34,974 nucleotides of DNA from an uncultured Methanosarcinales archaeon (GCA_965369365.1 CBDUQO010000002.1:1-34974), one strand, 5' to 3'. Positions 19,535 through 28,176 are shown, numbered from the stretch's first letter. Made by a program: numbers and translations. Notes: generated by a model from the sequence alone, not told the origin.

Positions 19535-20725
19535 ATGAAAGCAGTGATCCTTGCAGCAGGCGAAGGCACGAGAATGCGCCCGCTGACAACAACGCGTCCC
19601 AAGGTGATGCTTCCTGTTGCAAACAGACCGATCCTTGACCATATCATCAAATCAGCGAGGGACGGGGGGGTTACCGACTTTGTATGTGTGGTCGGGTACC
19701 GAAGCGACGTTGTCCGGGATTATTTCGGCGATGGCAGCCATCTGGGCATCCACATCGATTATGTGGTGCAAAAACAGCAACTCGGAACGGCGCACGCGAT
19801 AGGAACGGTTCAGGATCTCGTAGATGACCGATTTATTGTTATGAATGGGGATGCGCTTGTCAAATCATCTGACGTTCATTCTCTGATGAAACACCGCGAA
19901 GATGTCGTGATGGCAGTGAAGGAGATCAAGGATCCTGGCAAATACGGCGTGGTAAAGACGTCTGGTGGCAGAATCGTTGAAATCATCGAAAAGCCGGAGC
20001 GTGTCACAAGCAATCTGGTGAATGCAGGAATGTATCTCTTTTCAGATAGTATCTTTGAGAGCATTGGGAAAACCGGGCGATCAAAGCGTGGTGAATACGA
20101 GATAACCGATTCGATAATGAGACTGGCATCAGATAACGTCGGTGTTGGCTACATGATGCTTGATACGTGGATTGACATCGGGATGCCGTGGAACCTGCTT
20201 GATGCAAACGAATTCCTGCTATCAGGGATCATGACCGAGATTTCAGGCGAGGTCGAGCCTTATGCCACGTTGAACGGTGAGGTTGTGGTCGGAGAGGACA
20301 GCATCATCCGTAACGGCTCGTATATCACAGGACCTGTCATCATCGGAAACGGCTGTGATATCGGTCCGAACTGCTATATCAGACCGGGCACGGCAGTTGG
20401 CGATAATGTGCGCATTGGAAACGCCGTCGAGATCAAAAACAGCATCATAATGGGAGGAACGCATGTTGGGCACCTCAGTTATCTTGGCGATAGCGTCATC
20501 GGGCATGGCTGCAACTTTGGCGCCGGAACAAAGGTTGCTAACCTGCGGCACGACGGGAAAAATATCCGCGTGGCGATGGACGGGGGATCAACCGACACAG
20601 GCAGACGAAAACTTGGTGTGATCATGGGCGACGGCGTGCATACCGGGATCAATACAAGCATCAACGTCGGCGTGATGGTAGCTGCCGGGGGTGCAACGCG
20701 TCCGGGAGAGGTCGTTATGCGATGA
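19535..20725 (+). CDS. glmU: Bifunctional sugar-1-phosphate nucleotidylyltransferase / acetyltransferase (archaeal GlmU-type), paralog 2.
   Basis: MKAVILAAGEGTRMRPLT with C-terminal hexapeptide repeats. Starts directly after the glmM stop. Confidence 0.82.
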   Translation: MKAVILAAGEGTRMRPLTTTRPKVMLPVANRPILDHIIKSARDGGVTDFVCVVGYRSDVVRDYFGDGSHLGIHIDYVVQKQQLGTAHAIGTVQDLVDDRFIVMNGDALVKSSDVHSLMKHREDVVMAVKEIKDPGKYGVVKTSGGRIVEIIEKPERVTSNLVNAGMYLFSDSIFESIGKTGRSKRGEYEITDSIMRLASDNVGVGYMMLDTWIDIGMPWNLLDANEFLLSGIMTEISGEVEPYATLNGEVVVGEDSIIRNGSYITGPVIIGNGCDIGPNCYIRPGTAVGDNVRIGNAVEIKNSIIMGGTHVGHLSYLGDSVIGHGCNFGAGTKVANLRHDGKNIRVAMDGGSTDTGRRKLGVIMGDGVHTGINTSINVGVMVAAGGATRPGEVVMR

Positions 20726-20798
20726 TGTCCGAACGCACCCTTTGGTTTTGCGATTGATTGTCCTTTTCTGGTATCGCTTGCGTTTGTGCGAGGCTTGA

Positions 20799-20963
20799 TC
20801 AGTCCTGCAGACTGTACGAGAACCCGCACTCAGGACAGAAGTACATAAAGATCTCGGTCCCCTTCTTGCTCTTCTTGATGGTAGTCTCCATCCATGTGCC
20901 GCAGACTGTGCATTTGTGGTCATGAAGCGTGCGGTTTCTTTGCAGGTCTGCACTTTCAGTCAC
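20799..20963 (-). CDS. Small zinc-ribbon protein (54 aa, GTG start).
   Basis: CTVC...CPEC pair. The GTG overlaps the stop of the upstream gene (GTGA). Only the 3' third of ORF 20799..21140 is kept. Confidence 0.45.
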   Translation of the reverse strand: MTESADLQRNRTLHDHKCTVCGTWMETTIKKSKKGTEIFMYFCPECGFSYSLQD

Positions 20964-22027
20964 GATTTCACGTCCCGGACCGATGATAGTCCTTCGATCA
21001 GCCCGAAACACCCGGTCAGCATCATATCGCCGTACGGCGCGGCAAAAGCAACATCGTGTCTGCTCTGCTCTGCCAGGTGCCGGTTTGGTCCGGTGACGAT
21101 AATCTGCGGCATCTCGGGAGGAGCCTCCCTGATGTGACATCCATGCCCGCCACTCTCAAACACCTCTTCGAACGTCAGAGTTCCTGCTGCGAGTTTTTCC
21201 ACGTAGGTATCGAGCGTCTCGATGGTTATCTGTCTTGTGTGATGCTCAAATACACCGGTGATGCGGTTATCCACCAATATCGCGCAGAGCGTGTGCCCGT
21301 TTCCGATATTCAGCACGATCATTGGCTGATCCGGATCTTCTGCAGCGACCGCCGCCCCGAATACCGCTGCAGGTCCGGTATCCATCACAACCACATCGTT
21401 GCAAACGGACAGCGACCGCGCGACGGCATCCATGCGCGTGAGATAGGGGGGAATCGTTTTAGGGGTATATACGAACGATCGCAGATCGCCCCCGCGATCT
21501 ATTACTTCCCGCAGGTGCTCAAACCTGAATATACGGTTGCTGCCCATGCTTTCACCATGATCCTGCACGGCAACCGCAAACGTACCCGGCATATCCACGC
21601 CGAACAATCCGAGCATCTGTTCGATCGCAGGTAGATCGATGTCTCCTGTTTCAATGCGGACTGCACCAGCAGGGGAATCTTCGCTCTGCGGCACGATGGT
21701 TACACCAAGACTGTGTACACGATCAAGATCATCGTAAATCGTCTTTGCAGCCGCTTCTGTCGAATAGACTTGCAACCCATCTTTCAGATGTTGTTTTACG
21801 GCACGGACGCAGGCGCCGCCGCCCATCACGCCCCCCGTTAGAAAGATGTCCCTGCCCAGATGCGTGGCATTTCCGATGCGTTTTGCCACAATAGCTGTCT
21901 GCGATGGCAGAACCATCTTGAAACACTGCTCGATCTGCTTTTCACTATCATATATCAGAATATCCTGCGTTCCAGCGCCCACGTCAATCGCAACAGCCGG
22001 TGTATCAATCGAACTTGATATCATCAT
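20960..22027 (-). CDS. ASKHA (actin/sugar-kinase fold) ATPase-like protein; I believe the DUF1786 family.
   Basis: Phosphate-1-like AIDVGAGTQD and phosphate-2-like LNIGNGHT. Family name is from memory. Confidence 0.6.
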   Translation of the reverse strand: MMISSSIDTPAVAIDVGAGTQDILIYDSEKQIEQCFKMVLPSQTAIVAKRIGNATHLGRDIFLTGGVMGGGACVRAVKQHLKDGLQVYSTEAAAKTIYDDLDRVHSLGVTIVPQSEDSPAGAVRIETGDIDLPAIEQMLGLFGVDMPGTFAVAVQDHGESMGSNRIFRFEHLREVIDRGGDLRSFVYTPKTIPPYLTRMDAVARSLSVCNDVVVMDTGPAAVFGAAVAAEDPDQPMIVLNIGNGHTLCAILVDNRITGVFEHHTRQITIETLDTYVEKLAAGTLTFEEVFESGGHGCHIREAPPEMPQIIVTGPNRHLAEQSRHDVAFAAPYGDMMLTGCFGLIEGLSSVRDVKS

Positions 22028-22949
22028 GTTCCATCAGCACCTGAAGTTCCCTTAAGCTCATGCGCCCTGTTGACTTGAACTTCTCCAGTGCGATCACATG
22101 CTGTTCGGTATCGGTTTCCGCACGCTCTACCAGCTGATTTGCCCCTTTCAGTGCATCAAGATACGTGGACAATTCGTCACGCATACGCTCAACCGCTGCC
22201 TTGTTCGCATCGATTGACTTGCTGAGTGGCTTGACAATGCGGTATTTCTCTTTTAATTGCGTATGATACAGGTTCGCGTCCTTGCGAAGGGCGTCCAGAT
22301 CCTTATATGTGCTAAGCAGCTCCTCGTGATGCGTCTGCGACTCATCTGCAAGACTCCGGATCTCCTGATGTGCATGATCGCCGATCTTGCGCATCTCACG
22401 CAGCTCCTTGTAGATCGGAACGAGTTCACTATGAATTATATCAGCTTCCCTGCTCACTACCAATCGCTCTCCAAGTTGTTTCAGCCGTCCCATAGAGTCT
22501 ATCTCGTGTCTTAACGGGATATCCGCCTGGATAAAGATATATAGTTCGTTTGCATAGGCTTTTTCAAGACTTGAAGTCTGCATCTTCGCGATTGAATTAA
22601 GCTCATCGCGTTTAGCTTTCAATTGATCCAGCCGACTCCGCTGCTGGCTTATCTGCCCATGTACCCCGCTTCTGGGTTTTTTGAGATCGGCAATCTTCTG
22701 ATTGATGGCGTCCCTGGTCTTTCTACAGGTCGATGCCTTAGTCGCGTATTCCTTAACCTTTGCATTGAGTTCATCGCGTTTATTCCGTAGTTCATCGATC
22801 GATCCGCGATGCAATTTAATCTCTTCGATGGATTTCCGTATATCCTTGTTCAAACGGTCTACCTGTTGCCTGACAAGGTTGACATGACTCTTCAATTCCT
22901 TTTCAGTCATATCCGACGCATTTTTTGGTGAATTGGAATCATCAGTCAT
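22005..22949 (-). CDS. Archaeal coiled-coil protein (COG1340-like), paralog 2.
   Basis: Heptad-rich, charged K/E/R/L composition throughout. Shares a repeated architecture (…HHEE…) with the upstream gene. The ATG overlaps the upstream stop by 8 nt. Confidence 0.6.
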   Translation of the reverse strand: MTDDSNSPKNASDMTEKELKSHVNLVRQQVDRLNKDIRKSIEEIKLHRGSIDELRNKRDELNAKVKEYATKASTCRKTRDAINQKIADLKKPRSGVHGQISQQRSRLDQLKAKRDELNSIAKMQTSSLEKAYANELYIFIQADIPLRHEIDSMGRLKQLGERLVVSREADIIHSELVPIYKELREMRKIGDHAHQEIRSLADESQTHHEELLSTYKDLDALRKDANLYHTQLKEKYRIVKPLSKSIDANKAAVERMRDELSTYLDALKGANQLVERAETDTEQHVIALEKFKSTGRMSLRELQVLMEHDDIKFD

Positions 22950-23757
22950 TTTGATCGCCTCCTGCCTCTTGTGTGGTCATCGCATTCAGCGTACCTTCCC
23001 AATACTCAACCGCAGCAACGTGACTGTTGATCCGATTCTTCAGCCAGATGTGCCGCCCACGTACCTCTTTCAGTTGCCCTGCATACTCGACAAACGACTC
23101 ATGGTGTTCCTGGGACTGGTCTGCGATAGAAACAATCTCGTTGTGGCACTTATCTGCATCTTCTATCATTGTTTCGATCTCTGCAGATATGTTTTTGACC
23201 GTTCCATCACCGGTATCGGCGCTGTCGTCAGACCGGATCTCGTTTATCTCATCGATTCGTTTGGAGAGTTTTTTGATCTTTTCAACGATCTCGCGCTCCT
23301 TCCGGATGCCCATGACTGTTGTCTGAAGTTTCCAGTCCAGTGTCTCGAGGTCTTTCTGTAGATTTGCCATCTCCTGTTCGTGCTTCCGTGCGCTCTGGCT
23401 GGCATTGATCAGATCAAACATCTCAACCCTGCGTTGTTTTGCCTGGTGGTACAGCAGCTGTCGCTTATCCTTTAATTCGGCAACATGCTCGTTGATCTTG
23501 TCCCGCTCGCCCCGCTCCTCCCCGGACTGCCCTTTCAGTTCGGACACCTTTGGATCAAGGACCTCAAACTCGCCTCTATATGCATCGAGCAGCCGTTTAT
23601 GTTTTGCGATGACTGCATTAACCAGTGCCATATCATCCCAGGTGTCGATGCTTTTGCTTGAAATCCTTGCATCAGATGACTGTTCGGTGGTTTTGTCGCC
23701 ATTGTTCGGTTCTTTGAGTTCTTCTGATCTTTCGGGTTCTTCTGGTATGTCAATCAC
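22942..23757 (-). CDS. Archaeal coiled-coil protein (COG1340-like), paralog 1.
   Basis: Same composition and architecture as 22005..22949; for example IADQSQEHHESF versus LADESQTHHEEL. Confidence 0.6.
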   Translation of the reverse strand: MIDIPEEPERSEELKEPNNGDKTTEQSSDARISSKSIDTWDDMALVNAVIAKHKRLLDAYRGEFEVLDPKVSELKGQSGEERGERDKINEHVAELKDKRQLLYHQAKQRRVEMFDLINASQSARKHEQEMANLQKDLETLDWKLQTTVMGIRKEREIVEKIKKLSKRIDEINEIRSDDSADTGDGTVKNISAEIETMIEDADKCHNEIVSIADQSQEHHESFVEYAGQLKEVRGRHIWLKNRINSHVAAVEYWEGTLNAMTTQEAGGDQND

Positions 23758-23776
23758 GTCCTGTCACTCACACTCT

Positions 23777-24079
23777 TCAGCGAGCGTCACCATCCCGCAG
23801 CATCTGGGCATGTGGCACACCGTCGATTATGAGCATATTGTCTTCTGTTATGAAACCGCCCTCGAGTGCATGTTTAATAGCTCGCCTGCCAACGAGATTG
23901 GCGCTCGTTGCACGTGACAGCATATTCATGACTTCGGATGGGGTTGATATCTCGCCTTTGTAGAAAAATTCAGATACTTCAAGAGTTAATGCACCATCTC
24001 TGAGGGTCTGTCCGATCAACTCGCGGTCGCATATCGCAACCAGCAAAGTTTCACCGGATGTATGTGTCTTAATGTACAT
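23777..24079 (-). CDS. DUF424-like small conserved archaeal protein.
   Basis: MYIKTH....LVAICDRELIG N-terminus. A GGTGGG site lies 4 nt upstream of the ATG at 24079. Alternative ATG at 24097. Confidence 0.55.
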   Translation of the reverse strand: MYIKTHTSGETLLVAICDRELIGQTLRDGALTLEVSEFFYKGEISTPSEVMNMLSRATSANLVGRRAIKHALEGGFITEDNMLIIDGVPHAQMLRDGDAR

Positions 24080-24666
24080 GAGTCCCACCGATATCATCGA
24101 TCAAACGCCAATCACAAGAGATTTGTCTCTTACTTTTTTAGGTTTCCACGTTATGGTATATATCTATGTCGCCCCGGCACGAGAATGCACTTTGAATACC
24201 AGTACGTATTTAGCTAACATTTTCACGAGAAAGTATAAGAGGATAGGATATAATATACAAATATATTATATACACTACCCTATTCCACACCAATCTCATG
24301 GTTTTCCGCCCCCGGCTAAATCCCATACGACTACCAACATACCGTCCCTGCAAATGGGGGTGGGTGAGTCGCTCGGATATGGGGCGCTTATCTCTGCATC
24401 CATAAGGCAACCTCATGGAACCTGAAACCCGAAATACACATCCCTGAATCCCATGGAAAGTTCTCTTTTGCAGTGCTGCAGTTGATCTACCGGACCGTCC
24501 TACACAGCCTCAACACCAGGGAACATCATGAATTCCATGATACATTGCATGCAATCCCCGGGGCAAGCTTTGGGATTACCCATTTTGCGTTTGCAATACA
24601 TCCTAGAAACGTCCCGAGAACGTGATTTCATCTCTTCCAAGGGACTTACTGGTTCATTTAGAGCCA

Positions 24667-25092
24667 TTATTTCATCATCGAATATTGGTATAACGCCTGG
24701 GGACTTGCTGCCGCATACATATCTGCAATTGGAATAACGCCCGCGAACTTACCATCTGCCAGAACTATCAGACCGGGTACGTCGCTTCCCACTTCTATCT
24801 GAAATTTTGTATATTTCAGTATGGCGTCCATTACATCATCCTCTGCCGATATTGTCTCAAAGTTGGTAGAAACAGCCGCCTCGCTCTTCACCTTGCTGGA
24901 ATCCAGCCCCTTTGCCACCACTTCCTCCAGTATCTTCCGGTAAGTTATGATCCCGACCACTTCCTTGTTTCCGTCCAATACCATTACATCCAGTGCCCTG
25001 TGCTGTACCATCTCTTTTGCAGCCTCTGAAACAGGGTCATCTGCATTTACGCTTACATATTTACCAAAGAATCCAAGGTCCTTAACTTTCAT
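24667..25092 (-). CDS. CBS-domain pair protein.
   Basis: Two CBS-like repeats (V.VLDGNKEVVGIITYRKI ; GLIVLADGKFAGVIPIADM). An AGAGGTGG site precedes the ATG at 25092. The longer start at 25140 would overlap the upstream gene. Confidence 0.78.
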   Translation of the reverse strand: MKVKDLGFFGKYVSVNADDPVSEAAKEMVQHRALDVMVLDGNKEVVGIITYRKILEEVVAKGLDSSKVKSEAAVSTNFETISAEDDVMDAILKYTKFQIEVGSDVPGLIVLADGKFAGVIPIADMYAAASPQALYQYSMMK

Positions 25093-25111
25093 TTGTCCAC
25101 CTCTTGTTTGA

Positions 25112-25888
25112 TCACTCAAGCTTCTGTGTGATCTCCGCAATAGCTTTTGCGAACGGATGATCCGGTTGTTCCATTATGAATGCGCTGGATGGGTTCTCAA
25201 GTGTTCCGTCGAAGTTCAACACCTCACAGTAGCAAGGTATCAGTCCTATCACGTCCAGCTTGAACTCGTCCTCCAGCCACTTCCCAACTTTACTGCCGTC
25301 GTCAGCAGCAATAACCGCAGGTGCAACCTTGTTCACCAATATGCTTACATTCTTTCCAAGGAGCTCGTATATGCCGCTAATGAGATTGCTTATGCCATCG
25401 AGATCGGACTTGTATGTTGTAGTTATAACTACCACATCGTCCGACGCTACAATTGCATTTACCGCGGAATAATGTACACCCGGACTCGTGTCGAGGATGA
25501 TATATTCCATACCATTGCCAAGCAGGTCCTCTTTTGCTTTCGCAAGTCTCTGGAAGGCAGTTAGATGCCACTTCTTTCCCTTCTCCATCATCTCACGCGC
25601 CGCGTTCACATCAGGATTTGCAAAGCCGATGAGCAGTTTACCCTCAAGACCGAGTTTGTGACTCATGTCCACGAGCGCGGAATCGAGTTCACACCGCCCT
25701 TCCAGATAATCGTTTATCCAGTGGTCCGGTTTGTAGTCAAACATCGTGTTCAAGCTCGGCGCCCTGAAGTCCATGTCAATTAGACATGTAGCTTTTCCAC
25801 TCTGCGAGAGACCCGTCGCAACGTTTGTTGCAACAGATGTCTTTCCAGTTCCACCCCGGTAGGAGTGTATCGTTATTACTTTTCCCAT
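25112..25888 (-). CDS. MinD/ParA/CooC-superfamily P-loop ATPase, possibly a CODH maturation factor.
   Basis: Deviant Walker A SYRGGTGKTS, Walker B ILDTSPG, and a C-terminal CYC. Immediately downstream of cooS. Confidence 0.7.
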   Translation of the reverse strand: MGKVITIHSYRGGTGKTSVATNVATGLSQSGKATCLIDMDFRAPSLNTMFDYKPDHWINDYLEGRCELDSALVDMSHKLGLEGKLLIGFANPDVNAAREMMEKGKKWHLTAFQRLAKAKEDLLGNGMEYIILDTSPGVHYSAVNAIVASDDVVVITTTYKSDLDGISNLISGIYELLGKNVSILVNKVAPAVIAADDGSKVGKWLEDEFKLDVIGLIPCYCEVLNFDGTLENPSSAFIMEQPDHPFAKAIAEITQKLE

Positions 25889-25969
25889 GTTATAGCCTCT
25901 TTATTTATATCTTTTCTTTGTAGTCCGTATATTCAAGTTCTTACGTTGAACTCCTTGCCAAACGAGCTA

Positions 25970-27901
25970 TCAATCCGCAGGCTGTGGCGGTGCCACGGCG
26001 ATTGTTTCCGGATCAACAGATGGCAACCCCAGAGCATTGCGTTTGTTCTCGATGTGCTTTCGTATGAGAACAGCTGCCTTTGCAGGATCGGGCTCCACGG
26101 CAAACACTGCCCCGATCACATCTTCAGCACCTTCGGTCAGCAGTTTTGTCACGTTAGCGCTACCAAGAACCGGCGGAGCAACACCCAGCACTGTGAAGAC
26201 GCCTGACGAGACGAAATAGGTGCCGATAGAGACTGCCTTTTCACTCATCCATTCGGGAGCTGCGCCTGCTGCCGGAAGTTGACTGATGTCAACTCCCAGG
26301 GCGTTTGCAATAGCCGCGAGAGCAGTCAGGATGCGGCTATTATCCACACAGGAGCCCATGTGCAGTACGGGCGGGATACCCAGCGCCTCACAGACGCCTT
26401 TAAGCCCGTCGCCCGCTTGCTCAGCAGCCTCTGGTAACAGAAGTCCTGCTGTGGCACAGGCGATAGCGTTGCAACCTGTGGTTACTACCAGAACATCGTG
26501 CTTGATCAGTTCCCGCACAAGAGTGACATGCCCGTAACCGTGGCGCACCTTGGGGTTGTTACATCCGACAACACCGGTGATGCCACGGATCGCACCACTC
26601 TTTACAGCACCAAGAAGTGGATCCAGGCTTCCGCCCAGAGCCTTCAGAATCGCCTCCACACTGAAGCCAATCATGCATTCCGCGGTCTCTTCAGGGATGT
26701 TTACCATTTCAGGATTTCTGGACGGGTAGTTATCCACCGCGGTTCGGACGATTTCTTTGGCAATCTCGTATGCTCGCTCCTCACAAAACTCTATATGTGT
26801 TGCACCCGGGAACTTTGCTTTTGGTGACGTGGAGATGATCTTCGTGTGATAACATTCAGCCAGTTTTGGCAGGGCTGGCATGATACATTGCACATCTACG
26901 ACCATCGCTTCCACAGCTCCGGTAATGATGGCTAATTCCTGCTGAAGGAAGTCGCCGGCGATTGGAATGCCGTGACGCATGAGCAGTTCATTGCCGCTGC
27001 AGCAAAGACCTACCACATTGATGCCTTCCGCGCCATGCTTCTTTGCAAGTTCGATTAACTCGGGGTCTTCTGCTGCTTCAACGACCATCTCAGACAGAGT
27101 GGGCTCATGCCCGTGGGCAATGATGTTCACCTGGTCTGCCTCGAGTACACCCAGGTTGGATATGCCCCTGACTGGCTCAGGAGTCCCGAAAAGGATGTCT
27201 GTAAGTTCGGTTGCGATCATGGAGCCACCCCAACCATCGGCGATCGATGTCCTGATTCCGTGCAGGATCAGGTTGACATAGTCGTTATCTACGCCGATGT
27301 GTGTGCGGTGCATCGACTCCACGATCTCGCGGTCAACACCGCGTGGATCAACGCCAAGTTTCTGCCAGAGTTCGACACGCTTAGCAGGTGCTCGGCGGGT
27401 GGTGCGTATCGGACCCTCCTGGTTGCCAAACTCTGCATAAGTGGCATGTGCCAGATCAAGGGCGATCTCTTCTTTGGTTCTGCCCTCCACTTCTATGCTG
27501 TACTCTCTTGCGAGTGCCTCCAGCTTCGCCTCGTCCTTGATTGCATAACCGCCGCTTTTTCCTTGCGCGGTGAGAAGCAGAGTGTGGACAACATCGCGTC
27601 CGTGGTCAGAGTGTGCTGCAGCGCCTGCTGCGATCATGCGCAGTAGATTTCTGGCAACGATGGTATCAGCCGTAGCACCGCAGACGCCTTTCTTGGGACC
27701 GTTCTTTTCGAATACTTCGATGTAACAGGGTCCCATAGTACAGTTTTGGCAGCAGACACCCAGTTCGCCGTAGCCGCACATGGGCTGTTGAATTGCCAGG
27801 CGTTTCCAAGCGGTCTCACGCCCCTGCTTCGCCGCGATCCGTAGCATAGACTGAGTCGCAGGATCAATCGAACGCTTTGTAGCACGATCTTGTGTAACCA
27901 T
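25970..27901 (-). CDS. cooS: Anaerobic Ni-dependent carbon monoxide dehydrogenase catalytic subunit.
   Basis: CGYGELGVCCQNCTMGPCYI, GVCGATADTIVARN and AAGAAAHSDHGRD cluster-binding regions; 643 aa. Confidence 0.95.
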   Translation of the reverse strand: MVTQDRATKRSIDPATQSMLRIAAKQGRETAWKRLAIQQPMCGYGELGVCCQNCTMGPCYIEVFEKNGPKKGVCGATADTIVARNLLRMIAAGAAAHSDHGRDVVHTLLLTAQGKSGGYAIKDEAKLEALAREYSIEVEGRTKEEIALDLAHATYAEFGNQEGPIRTTRRAPAKRVELWQKLGVDPRGVDREIVESMHRTHIGVDNDYVNLILHGIRTSIADGWGGSMIATELTDILFGTPEPVRGISNLGVLEADQVNIIAHGHEPTLSEMVVEAAEDPELIELAKKHGAEGINVVGLCCSGNELLMRHGIPIAGDFLQQELAIITGAVEAMVVDVQCIMPALPKLAECYHTKIISTSPKAKFPGATHIEFCEERAYEIAKEIVRTAVDNYPSRNPEMVNIPEETAECMIGFSVEAILKALGGSLDPLLGAVKSGAIRGITGVVGCNNPKVRHGYGHVTLVRELIKHDVLVVTTGCNAIACATAGLLLPEAAEQAGDGLKGVCEALGIPPVLHMGSCVDNSRILTALAAIANALGVDISQLPAAGAAPEWMSEKAVSIGTYFVSSGVFTVLGVAPPVLGSANVTKLLTEGAEDVIGAVFAVEPDPAKAAVLIRKHIENKRNALGLPSVDPETIAVAPPQPAD

Positions 27902-27998
27902 TTTTTTAACACTCCCACTATTTAGGTGGTAAATCCAGTTTACCCACCACTGAGTATAGTGTTAGACACCATTGCATAAAAGATCATCCCCTTCAATA

Positions 27999-28065
27999 GG
28001 CGGTCACATTATGTGGTGTTTGGGTCATATCCTCGTCGGTGTGCGGTTGGATAAACCCAAATATG
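27999..28065 (-). promoter_or_regulatory. Conserved non-coding element, copy A, upstream of cooS.
   Basis: About 60 of 67-68 positions are identical to 33406-33473 by hand alignment, in the same orientation relative to the downstream gene. Confidence 0.6.
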
Positions 28066-28112
28066 GCATGAAATCCCTTTGAATTAATCTTGCTCTTGGG
28101 CAAATAACATTT

Positions 28113-28176
28113 AATCCGTGTCCATCTGTGAAATTTGCGGCTGATAAAAGCTTTTATCCACAGATGAACACGGATT
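28113..28176 (-). repeat. Inverted repeat with 18-nt arms (28113-28130 / 28159-28176, one mismatch) enclosing the perfect 16-nt palindrome GATAAAAGCTTTTATC (28143-28158).
   Basis: Direct reading. On the minus strand the single mismatch becomes a G-U pair. Lies between the response-regulator stop and cooS. Confidence 0.75.

Noticed and set aside
20964-21140. 5' two-thirds of ORF 20799..21140 (113 aa).
   Set aside because: It lies entirely inside the well-supported ASKHA-fold gene in another frame and is Arg/Ala-rich. Only the 3' Zn-ribbon part, from the GTG at 20963, was kept.
24455-24463. GGAAAGTTC (and GAGGAAGTCAC near 29596) resembling the RNase P RNA CR-I motif GAGGAAAGUCC.
   Set aside because: The matches are imperfect. 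I could not find the other conserved regions (the ACAGAA..GGCUUA P4 3' strand, or the CR-II/III GNRA-receptor elements) in the right order on either strand.
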